Shown piece after piece: positions 1-8,196 of a DNA stretch of 64,000 bases (position 1 is the stretch's first letter; each line of letters starts with the position of its first letter). Both the position numbers and the translations under genes were made by a program. Under the pieces are notes generated by a model, which had not been told where the DNA came from, searched no databases, and was given only the letters and a program-made list of their open reading frames with translations. The stretch covers positions 64,001 to 128,000 of the forward strand of contig CAXXTU010000002.1 of NCBI GenBank assembly GCA_963662655.2, in the 5' to 3' direction. This DNA comes from Candidatus Cloacimonadales bacterium. GTDB taxonomy: Bacteria > Cloacimonadota > Cloacimonadia > Cloacimonadales > JAIOQZ01.

Positions 1-256
1 GCGGGTACTCGTTTCCCTCGTCGTCGTAGATGACAACGTCGGCGTCTGTGACGAATGCTTCTTCGATATCGCCGCCCACAGGTATGGTTTTACCCACGTA
101 GATCGAGTTATGGAACGAGAGCGGCTCGTTCTCGTACAGCGAACCGGCGATGATGTAGTAGAAATCCTTATCGTAACGCTTGGAGCTTGTAGGCCCCTCG
201 CAGGACATGATAAGCAACGCGCTTGCGATTATGAGGATGATGTATGTGTATTTCAT
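1..256 (-). CDS. DUF4249-like lipoprotein, partial (3' end outside window)
   Basis: ATG at 256-254 with AGGAGG RBS. Translates MKYTYIILIIASALLIMSCEGPTSS...AFVTDADVVIYD, a signal peptide with lipobox Cys. Lies directly downstream of a TonB-dependent receptor, the usual pairing. Not in the ORF track because it runs off the window. Confidence 0.7.
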   Translation of the reverse strand, partial: MKYTYIILIIASALLIMSCEGPTSSKRYDKDFYYIIAGSLYENEPLSFHNSIYVGKTIPVGGDIEEAFVTDADVVIYDDEGNEYP

Positions 257-266
257 GATTCCTCCT

Positions 267-2639
267 TTACCATTCCACATTGATTCCGATAAACGGTATC
301 CGTGGGAACTGATAGGTGTCCTCTGTTCTGTATCCGATTTCCGTGGTTTCAGAGAAGTCCTCCGGGTCCTGCTCTCCGAAGTATGGTACATAAGAACGTG
401 AGTAAACGTTTTCGCGATTGAACACGTTAATCACCTGCACGTATGGTTCGACAGACATGCTTTTGGATTCCCAACGCATTTTCAGACTCAAGTCTATGCG
501 CTGGTAGTCGGGGAGACGATCTCCGTCCTTATAGCTATAAAAGTACTGGAACGTATCCGTGTCCGGCTCGTAATAAACGTGCTCGGGCTTGGACGTTGGC
601 TGCCCCGTTCCGAACGCATAGGTGGTTCCAAACAGAAGGTCTGCGCCCCAAAGCTTCTTGCCTGTTGCATTGAGCAGACTGAACGTCTCGACAATGTTGA
701 TCTGGTGTGTTCTATCGTACTTGGGATAATAGTACTGCGGTTCGCCGGTTTCAGGATCCATGTTGGTGTCTTTGACTTTCTTCCGGGTGAAACCGAGCGT
801 ATAGCCCACGAATCCTTCGACTCCCAGCCAGTTGTTTCTCACCAGGAGGTCGAGGCCGTAAGAAAATCCGTCGCCGGTGTTCAGCGCGTCCGAGAGCACG
901 CCGGTGTCGTTGCTCCATTCGTAGTCGACTTCCGGCCTGTAGGCAACAAGGTTCTTGTAATCTTTGTAGTACGCTTCGACGTCGAGCCCCACTTCCTCGT
1001 TGATCTCCGTCTTGTAGCCGAGGATGTAATGATCCGAGCGCCCCGGTTCGATGGTGTCGTCGATCGGGAACCAGAGGTCCATCGGCGAGGCTTCTTCCGT
1101 AGAAACCAGGTTAAGATACTGGTGGTAGCGCCCATAGGAGAAGTAGACGTTGCTGGTCACGTCGAGCTCACGTCGAATGGAGAACCTGGGTGAGAGCCTG
1201 TAGTAGTCGACCGGTCCTCTGTCCTCTCCATAATTGCGCTCATTGTGGCACCAGGTGGCGCGCAGTCCGGGCTGAACCGTCCAGAACGTGTCCAGCTTCC
1301 AGGCGTCCTGAATGTACAGGTCGAGGAGAGAGGATGTCACGTCCACATGCGGCATGGAGTTTTCGTCGACATTCTGGTTCGTGCCCGTATCGAACAAGGT
1401 GTAAAGGTACTTGTAGTCGACACCCATATCGAACATGTGTGCTTCGTTCGGTTTCCACGACAACCCTTCGCGGATGGTGACGTCGTAAACGTCGTCGAGC
1501 CTGTCGAAGCTCTGCGAGTTTTTGCCGGCATCTACTTCGAACTTCATCTTCGAGTAGAAATGACTTCCCGCGACAATCATGTGCGAGAACCACTGTGGAC
1601 TGAAGATATGCGTCCACTGGTTGCTCCAGGTTTCGTTGCCCCACTCGATGTCCAGGTCGTACGAGAAGCCGAATTCGAGCTTGTCTTTACCGAAGTAGAA
1701 ACTCGAGCTGAATTTATCCCTCTCCGAGTGGTCCCAGTTGAGCTTGGCATGGCCATCGTAGAAGTAGTATTTCGGGATATCCAGCCCTATCAATTCTTCC
1801 ATCAGCTCCAGGTATGTTCTTCGGAAGGAGGCCATGTACGATCCCGATTCATCGTATATCCTCCACGGGCCCTCCAGCGTAAGGCTGGTGCTGATGAGGC
1901 TTATACGGGCAATACCGCAGTGTTCTTTGCGGTTACCGTCTTTGTTGGTAACATCCAGTACGGATGAAAGCCTTCCGCCATATTTTGCGGGGAATCCACC
2001 CTTGAGAAGCTGAACGTTCTTCACGGCGTCCGTGTTGAACGTACTGAAAACCCCCCCGAAGTGAGACGGGTTGTATACGTCGATTCCATCCAGCAGGATC
2101 AGATTCTGGTCGGCGCTACCGCCGCGAACGTACAGTCCGTTCGAAAAATCCGAAATCGGCGTCACACCCGGCAAGGCGAGTATGGAGCGGAAGACGTCCG
2201 CTTCCGCCACCGCGACGACTTCTTTGATATCTTTGTTGGTCTGCACGACATTCGCGATGCGGATATCGCGTGTGTTGATCTCGTCATCGATCTCTTTCTC
2301 TACGACTTTAATACCTTCAATTTGTACGGCGGCTTTCTCCATCTCGAGCTTCAGGAAGATTTCTTCTTTCGGGTTCTTCACGAGAACCATCTCCGAAGCG
2401 TACCGGTAACCGATTTGAGATGCGATGACTTCGATGTTCCCCGTCGGTACCGAGTTAATGATAAAGTATCCTTTTTTATTCGTATATTGACCAAGATTGG
2501 TGCCGCGGATGCTCACTGCGGCATAGATAAGTGGCTCGCCACTGCTTTTTTCAACTACATATCCACTGACTGTTGCAGCGTTCAGGCCTGCTGTTGCCAG
2601 TAGGAGCAGCATCAATAATATAGTGAATCTCTGCATCAT
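267..2639 (-). CDS. TonB-dependent receptor with N-terminal carboxypeptidase-regulatory-like domain
   Basis: Signal peptide; plug motifs LPGV...LYVRGG...QNLILLDG and GGFPAKYGGRLSSVLDV; C-terminal aromatic residue (VEW). Start placed at MMQRF after the AGGGG RBS. Confidence 0.92.
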   Translation of the reverse strand: MMQRFTILLMLLLLATAGLNAATVSGYVVEKSSGEPLIYAAVSIRGTNLGQYTNKKGYFIINSVPTGNIEVIASQIGYRYASEMVLVKNPKEEIFLKLEMEKAAVQIEGIKVVEKEIDDEINTRDIRIANVVQTNKDIKEVVAVAEADVFRSILALPGVTPISDFSNGLYVRGGSADQNLILLDGIDVYNPSHFGGVFSTFNTDAVKNVQLLKGGFPAKYGGRLSSVLDVTNKDGNRKEHCGIARISLISTSLTLEGPWRIYDESGSYMASFRRTYLELMEELIGLDIPKYYFYDGHAKLNWDHSERDKFSSSFYFGKDKLEFGFSYDLDIEWGNETWSNQWTHIFSPQWFSHMIVAGSHFYSKMKFEVDAGKNSQSFDRLDDVYDVTIREGLSWKPNEAHMFDMGVDYKYLYTLFDTGTNQNVDENSMPHVDVTSSLLDLYIQDAWKLDTFWTVQPGLRATWCHNERNYGEDRGPVDYYRLSPRFSIRRELDVTSNVYFSYGRYHQYLNLVSTEEASPMDLWFPIDDTIEPGRSDHYILGYKTEINEEVGLDVEAYYKDYKNLVAYRPEVDYEWSNDTGVLSDALNTGDGFSYGLDLLVRNNWLGVEGFVGYTLGFTRKKVKDTNMDPETGEPQYYYPKYDRTHQINIVETFSLLNATGKKLWGADLLFGTTYAFGTGQPTSKPEHVYYEPDTDTFQYFYSYKDGDRLPDYQRIDLSLKMRWESKSMSVEPYVQVINVFNRENVYSRSYVPYFGEQDPEDFSETTEIGYRTEDTYQFPRIPFIGINVEW

Positions 2640-2973
2640 TATTCCCCTTTTTGCGGATATTAAACACTTTATGGCTCCATTCATAGGGATTGTATTCGCT
2701 TGTCAAACATTTTTATTTTTCTGAAAACATTCGGGCCAAATGCGAATAGATGCATCGTTTTATTCACGATGTAAAATACTGCAATCAAGCAAATTATGTA
2801 GTAGTAATGCACGCTATTCATAAAAATGTGTCTCCAAAAAAAAATCAAAATGTGGAATGCATTCAGCGCCTTAAGTGAATTAAGCACTCGCTAAAGGATG
2901 CTTGAAATACATGCATCTGAATCGAAGAATTCAGGGTCAAAAACAGGGCAGTTTCAGTTGATTTGCTGGTATC

Positions 2974-4206
2974 TTATTTTTCGGGAAACAGAAAATTGGT
3001 GAAAGACTCGGCCCACACTTCAGGAGTAAAGGATTTCATGGCCGCTTCTTTCCCTGCTTTTCCAATATCCAGAAGGAGATCGCTGTGTTCGATTGCCCAT
3101 ATCATGCGCTTGGCGAGAGAGTCGATCGAGTCCGGTTCTGCAAGGATTACGCTCTTTTCGTCCTCCGTGTAGTCTTCAATGTCCGATATGCGGGTCATGA
3201 TGCAGGCAGTGCCGGAGAGAAGGTACTCCGCCAGCTTGGTAGAGAAATTGTAACGATTCTGGAGGCATGTTGTTTTTGCCGAGACCAGAAGATCGGAGCC
3301 AGCCATTCTGCGGGGAACTTCTTCGTTCTCGAGTAATCCATAGAGCGATACATTGTCGGCCACATTGAGATCGTTCAATATTCTCGCAAGGAATTCTTTC
3401 CTCTCATTGATTCCGAAGCCGTACATATCGAGCTGAGTTTCAGGATAGGCTTTTACGACCTTCGCAAAGGCTTTCAATAAAAGAAGTGAGCCTTCCTTTT
3501 CGGGAAAGAACCCACCGAAAAAGCCGATATGAAATTTATTGTCGTCGAAGGCGAATGTTGAGGGATTTGCTTTTTGTGGATCCGCGAGGATGGGGATTCT
3601 TATCAATGAAGCCGGGCTGTTCCTATATACATTGTAGAGGGCTTTCGAAATGGCTACAATGCCTGTGTAGCCTTTATCAAATCGATGATCGAGGCATAGT
3701 GATACAGGCAGATTGCTTACTATGAACAGAAACTTCGGATTTGTGAGACAGTTCCGTAGTGTTATCTGTGTTTTGACGATCTGCGAAAGCGATTCGTTCT
3801 TCTCAAGGTAAACACGCGTGCCCCGATTTTGGATTAGTTTACGAATGAATACTTTGTACCAGAGGCGATTTGTGTAATCGAAAACGACCGTTTCTCCATC
3901 GAGCCCACGGATGAAACCAGCAAGCCAGGACACATAGTCCTCTGCCGATTTCTTCCCAAACAGTGGGGAGTGCTTCTTCAAGCCGGTTCTTCGTCTGAAA
4001 TTTCCGATACGGAAGACATTTTCAGAACTTGAAACTGGGGTTACATGATCAAGATCAATCGGGCATACGATGGATGTAATATAAACGTTTACATTTTTCG
4101 ATGCCAAGGCGTGGGCGTAGCACATGGTACGCGCGAAAGCCGCTCCAAGCCCTTTGTTTATGTCGACATGCATTACGAATACGACGTTGCGGATTGGTAT
4201 TGTCAC
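2974..4206 (-). CDS. Glycosyltransferase family 4 (GT-B)
   Basis: GFFGG..PEKEG, FSTKLAEY and TRISDI motifs of the GT4 C-terminal domain; GTGA overlap with the upstream acyltransferase. Confidence 0.85.
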   Translation of the reverse strand: MTIPIRNVVFVMHVDINKGLGAAFARTMCYAHALASKNVNVYITSIVCPIDLDHVTPVSSSENVFRIGNFRRRTGLKKHSPLFGKKSAEDYVSWLAGFIRGLDGETVVFDYTNRLWYKVFIRKLIQNRGTRVYLEKNESLSQIVKTQITLRNCLTNPKFLFIVSNLPVSLCLDHRFDKGYTGIVAISKALYNVYRNSPASLIRIPILADPQKANPSTFAFDDNKFHIGFFGGFFPEKEGSLLLLKAFAKVVKAYPETQLDMYGFGINERKEFLARILNDLNVADNVSLYGLLENEEVPRRMAGSDLLVSAKTTCLQNRYNFSTKLAEYLLSGTACIMTRISDIEDYTEDEKSVILAEPDSIDSLAKRMIWAIEHSDLLLDIGKAGKEAAMKSFTPEVWAESFTNFLFPEK

Positions 4207-4856
4207 GATAATGGTTTATCCTCTTCCGGTTTTGTGAGAGCAAAAAGGAATTGTGCCGGGTTTCCGCCCCAAACCTGATTGGCAGGGACTCTTCCCGAGA
4301 CGAGTGAGCAGGAGGCAATGATCGAGTTCTCTCCGATCCGCGTTCCTTTAAGGATGGTTGTGTGTGCCCCGATAAAGGCGTTGTCGCCGATTCGCACGGG
4401 CCTTCGTGCCGGTGGTACGGATCCTTGGATTCGATCCTCACGCCTGAGCGGATGGAAGTCTGTATCGTAAATCGCGCAGTTCGCGCCGATCATGACATTA
4501 TCGCCGATGGTAACCGATTTCTGGCAGATGATCGCTGAATGGCTGATTCCTACATTGCTGCCGATCTTCAACTCGGCATCCCGGCTGACGGTGAAAACGC
4601 AGGGAAGGGTTCTGCCGATAACATTGTTCGTGAAGCCGTTGTTTAACCGGAAATTCATACCCAATACGATAGTGCCACCCTGGTTGACGATTCGTGGAAT
4701 GCCGTTTGTAGAAAAACCTTTTCCGTACGAGACCATATTGATGCGAAAAAGCATTTTTGTGATTAGCGTCTCAAGAATACTCAGGTATTTCCGTTTTCGT
4801 CCCCTCAAGCGGTTCAGAACTTTGAAGTAAAGCGTTTGCTTCTTCGAAAGAGCCAC
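4203..4856 (-). CDS. Hexapeptide-repeat (LbH) sugar O-acyltransferase
   Basis: IGDNVMIGANCAIYDTDFH, IGDNAFIG..TILKG..IG and WGGNPA motifs. Confidence 0.88.
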   Translation of the reverse strand: MALSKKQTLYFKVLNRLRGRKRKYLSILETLITKMLFRINMVSYGKGFSTNGIPRIVNQGGTIVLGMNFRLNNGFTNNVIGRTLPCVFTVSRDAELKIGSNVGISHSAIICQKSVTIGDNVMIGANCAIYDTDFHPLRREDRIQGSVPPARRPVRIGDNAFIGAHTTILKGTRIGENSIIASCSLVSGRVPANQVWGGNPAQFLFALTKPEEDKPLS

Positions 4857-4881
4857 ATTTCCCTTCTTCCAGGTAGTCAGG

Positions 4882-5922
4882 TCAGATACTCAGATACCAA
4901 TTATAGACTTCACGAATTCCATCTTCGAGGCCGGTCTTTTCTTTCCAGCCGAGATTGTGGAGTTTGGTTACGTCGAGGAGTTTCTGAGGCGTACCGTCTG
5001 GTTTGGTTGAATCCCAGCGGATTTCACCCTCGAAACCGATGATGGCTCTAACTTTCTCCAGAAGTTCGCCGATTGTGAGGTCTCGTCCAGTCCCAACATT
5101 CACATGCTGATAATCGGAGTAGTTATTCAGCAGGTAGATGAGGGCGTCCGCGAGGTCGTCCGAGAAAAGGAATTCCCGGCGAGGAGTACCGGTTCCCCAG
5201 GCTTTGAGGAAAACGACGTCTCCGTCTCTTCCCACACCGATTTCAGAAAGTACTTTTTCCGCTTCTTCTTCTGAATTGATCTGCATTTCACCCATACGAT
5301 TCAGGTCGTGGTAAATGCCATCGTAATCTTTATTCATCAGGCATTTGGCCAGGTGGCACTTACGGATCAATGCAGGCAGGACGTGGGAATTCTTGAGATT
5401 GAAGTTGTCGCCAATACCGAAGAGATTGGTCGGCATTGCCGAAATGAAATCGGCATTGTACTGTCTTCGATAGAATTCGCACATTTTCAGACCGGCGATT
5501 TTGGCGATTGCGTAGGCTTCGTTGGTAGTTTCCAGCGAATCGGTGAGAAGGTATTCCTCTTTGATAGGCTGGGGACAGAGTTTGGGATATATGCAGGACG
5601 AACCAAGGAAGAGAAGTTTTTCTACTCCGTTCTTCCACGATGCATGAATCAGGTTTGACGCGATCATGATGTTGTCGTAGATGAATTCTGCGGGGTAGGT
5701 GCTGTTGGCAAGGATCCCGCCTACTTTTGCCGCCGCGATGATCACATGGTGCGGCTTATTCTCGGCGATGAATCGTTCCGCTTGTTCCTGAATGCGAAAA
5801 TCCCATTCAGGCCAGGCAGCGAACACGAGGTTATCGAATCCCTGCTTCTTCAGGTTTCTTACAAGAGCTGAGCCGACGAGACCCGAGTGCCCTGCGACGA
5901 ATATTTTATCGGTAGTCTTCAT
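4882..5922 (-). CDS. fcl: GDP-L-fucose synthase
   Basis: VAGHSGLVGSA, AAAKVGGI.AN, FLGSSCIYP, YAIAK and WGTGTPRREF; adjacent to gmd. Confidence 0.96.
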   Translation of the reverse strand: MKTTDKIFVAGHSGLVGSALVRNLKKQGFDNLVFAAWPEWDFRIQEQAERFIAENKPHHVIIAAAKVGGILANSTYPAEFIYDNIMIASNLIHASWKNGVEKLLFLGSSCIYPKLCPQPIKEEYLLTDSLETTNEAYAIAKIAGLKMCEFYRRQYNADFISAMPTNLFGIGDNFNLKNSHVLPALIRKCHLAKCLMNKDYDGIYHDLNRMGEMQINSEEEAEKVLSEIGVGRDGDVVFLKAWGTGTPRREFLFSDDLADALIYLLNNYSDYQHVNVGTGRDLTIGELLEKVRAIIGFEGEIRWDSTKPDGTPQKLLDVTKLHNLGWKEKTGLEDGIREVYNWYLSI

Positions 5923-5925
5923 GAT

Positions 5926-6987
5926 TTATCCTTCTTGTTTGCTGATGGTTTCGTAATCAGCTTTTACCATGATCTGGACAAGTTGCTCCAGTTTTGTTTC
6001 GGGTTCCCAGCCAAGTTCTTCACGCGCCTTGGTCGGATCACCGATGAGGATATCGACTTCCGTCGGACGGAAATAGCGAGGATCGACTTCGATGACACAT
6101 TTACCGGTTTGCGCGTCGTAGCCCTTCTCATCTACTCCCTCGCCTTCCCAGCGAAGTTTGATGCCGAGTTCGCCGAACGCCATTTCGCAGAATTCTCTCA
6201 CCGTGTTCGTCCTGCCGGTCGCGATCACATAATCCTCCGGCTTCGGTTGCTGGAGCATTCGCCACATGGCTTCAACGTATTCGGGGGCGTATCCCCAGTC
6301 GCGCTTGGAATCGAGGTTGCCGAGGTAAAGGCAGTCCTGCAGTCCCAGCTTGATTCGGACGACAGCCATCGTTATTTTACGGGTTACGAAGGTTTCGCCC
6401 CTGCGGGGGGATTCATGATTGAATAGGATGCCGTTGCATGCGTAAAGATTATACGCTTCCCGGTAGTTCTTAACGATCCAGTACGCGTACAACTTGGCCA
6501 CGGCATAAGGACTGCGGGGATAGAACGGCGTGGTCTCCTTCTGTGGAATTTCCTGGACTTTGCCATAAAGTTCGCTTGTGGAAGCCTGATAGAAACGCGT
6601 TTTGATCTCTGTCTCTTTAATTGCGTCGAGAAATCGTATAACGCCTACACCATCCACTTCCGCCGTGTATTCCGGGAGCTCAAACGACACCTTTACGTGG
6701 GATTGCGCGCCCAGGTTGTATATTTCGTTCGGCCTGATTTTGTCCAATAACCTGTTCAGGTTGCTTGAATCGGTAAGATCGCCATAATGCAGGTGCAGCC
6801 TGCGCGATTTCTCGTGAACATCCTGATAGAGGTGGTCGATGCGCTGTGTATTGAACGAGGAGGAACGTCGGATGATTCCGTGTACCTCGTAACCTTTATC
6901 CAGAAGCAGTTCGGCAAGATATGATCCATCCTGGCCGGTAATTCCGCTGATTAATGCTATAGGTGTGTTATTATTACTCACAATCAT
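5926..6987 (-). CDS. gmd: GDP-mannose 4,6-dehydratase
   Basis: [31 protein letters not shown] and GETFVTRKI; start placed at ATG 6987 after the AAGGA RBS. Confidence 0.97.
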   Translation of the reverse strand: MIVSNNNTPIALISGITGQDGSYLAELLLDKGYEVHGIIRRSSSFNTQRIDHLYQDVHEKSRRLHLHYGDLTDSSNLNRLLDKIRPNEIYNLGAQSHVKVSFELPEYTAEVDGVGVIRFLDAIKETEIKTRFYQASTSELYGKVQEIPQKETTPFYPRSPYAVAKLYAYWIVKNYREAYNLYACNGILFNHESPRRGETFVTRKITMAVVRIKLGLQDCLYLGNLDSKRDWGYAPEYVEAMWRMLQQPKPEDYVIATGRTNTVREFCEMAFGELGIKLRWEGEGVDEKGYDAQTGKCVIEVDPRYFRPTEVDILIGDPTKAREELGWEPETKLEQLVQIMVKADYETISKQEG

Positions 6988-7123
6988 GTCCTTTCTTTCA
7001 ATAATCCTCAAACATCTTACACGCAACGCTGGAGTCAAGTATTTTCTACTTTGCTAAATTCCTGTTTTTATAACGAACTTCTCCTGCAATATTTCAATAC
7101 TAAAATGGAATCGGCTCAACTTC

Positions 7124-7325
7124 GTCGATTACCACCGTCCGCGCGGCGGGGCGGCGCGTAAGCCTTCTGCCAGTTATAAACGCAGGCAGAGCCATTCGCG
7201 GCGTGAGCCAACTCGATTGATTGCTCCATATCGGGTGAAGGCTTACGACAAGCCATGGCGCTGGCAATTCCAGCGCCATGGCTTGTTAATGCGCGAAGCG
7301 CATGCGCCGCCCCGCCGCGCTGGTG
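7124..7325. repeat. Structured intergenic repeat, copy 1 (four-way junction with 17-bp terminal inverted repeat)
   Basis: Perfect IR 7141-7157/7304-7320; stems 7157-7167/7237-7247 and 7248-7264/7270-7286; ATGCGC-GAA-GCGCAT at 7289-7303. Ends are shared with 62246-62430. Confidence 0.85.
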
Positions 7326-7431
7326 CGAGGTATCCCATGTGTTCGGCTGATGTGTTGGATGGGGCAACGAGCTTTTCATTTGACATGAAAATGAAATGAA
7401 TAATACTATTGAAAAAAAGCGTGGAGAAAAA

Positions 7432-8196
7432 ATGTACTGTCGTCATTGCGGAAAAGAGATAGCGGATACGGATGCCACATGCCCGCACTGCAAGAGAGAT
7501 CAGTTTGAATACATACCCGTAGCGAGCATGAAGCGGGAATATGAAAAAGGCGAGTTACCGGATCGGTCCGAGCTTCCTCCGGATGATTTCGACCTCAAGG
7601 TTGTCGAGCCGGAGCCGGTGAAGCAGAAGGAATGGATCCCAACCCAACCGAAGCGCGAGAGATGGCGAATGCCCTCCCTGAGGCGTATCATGATGAACCT
7701 CGTTATTGCGCTATTGGCTGTCGTTGGTATCGTTGGTATCTTTTTGCCGTTTTACGAACTGGATGCCGTTATGTCACCCGGTGAAATATCGCTGTCTGAC
7801 CTGATTCAAAGCGGTATTGCCTATTACAAAGATCAGCCGGTGGATTCGATCAGCATCATCGAGTCGTTCAAACAACTGGTAAACCTCTATGCTGGAAACA
7901 CGAAAGCGTGGTATATCGGGGGTATATTCCTGGCTCTGATTCCAGCGTTTCTGGGCCTGACGATGGTGGGAACTTTCCTGAGTGCGCTTCGCTTTCAATA
8001 CAAGCGTCAGACGGGTTTGCGTTGCCTGATTATCCACTCGTTGATCGCCGGCGCATTATTTTACTTCGGCGGACGGGAGATGGGTGTATGGCTCAATTTC
8101 TTCGCGAACGCAGGCGCAGGCTACTGGCTGATTTTCTCATCGCTGATCGCGATAAGCGTTCTCCAGATATTCGACTACCCCGAAGAACGGCGATGA
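7432..8196 (+). CDS. Zinc-ribbon domain membrane protein
   Basis: N-terminal CxxC...CxxC (YCRHCGKEIADTDATCPHC) followed by about 4 hydrophobic segments; GGAG RBS before ATG 7432. Confidence 0.8.
   Translation: MYCRHCGKEIADTDATCPHCKRDQFEYIPVASMKREYEKGELPDRSELPPDDFDLKVVEPEPVKQKEWIPTQPKRERWRMPSLRRIMMNLVIALLAVVGIVGIFLPFYELDAVMSPGEISLSDLIQSGIAYYKDQPVDSISIIESFKQLVNLYAGNTKAWYIGGIFLALIPAFLGLTMVGTFLSALRFQYKRQTGLRCLIIHSLIAGALFYFGGREMGVWLNFFANAGAGYWLIFSSLIAISVLQIFDYPEERR

Noticed and set aside
2881..2907. CIRCE-like half site TAAGCACTC
   Set aside because: No matching right arm at 9-bp spacing and no chaperone gene nearby.
7285..7291. Structured repeats as integron attC sites (GTTAATG here, GTTAGTG in copy 2)
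   Set aside because: They do not fit GTTRRRY, have no RYYYAAC partner, are not in a cassette array, and no integrase is present.
7116..7488. Short ORFs across the structured repeat
   Set aside because: They are translations of palindromic GC-rich DNA with no RBS or protein-like features.
7908..8192. N-terminal extension of the TPR ORF in the track
   Set aside because: It overlaps the upstream gene; the signal peptide and ATGA coupling indicate a start at 8193.
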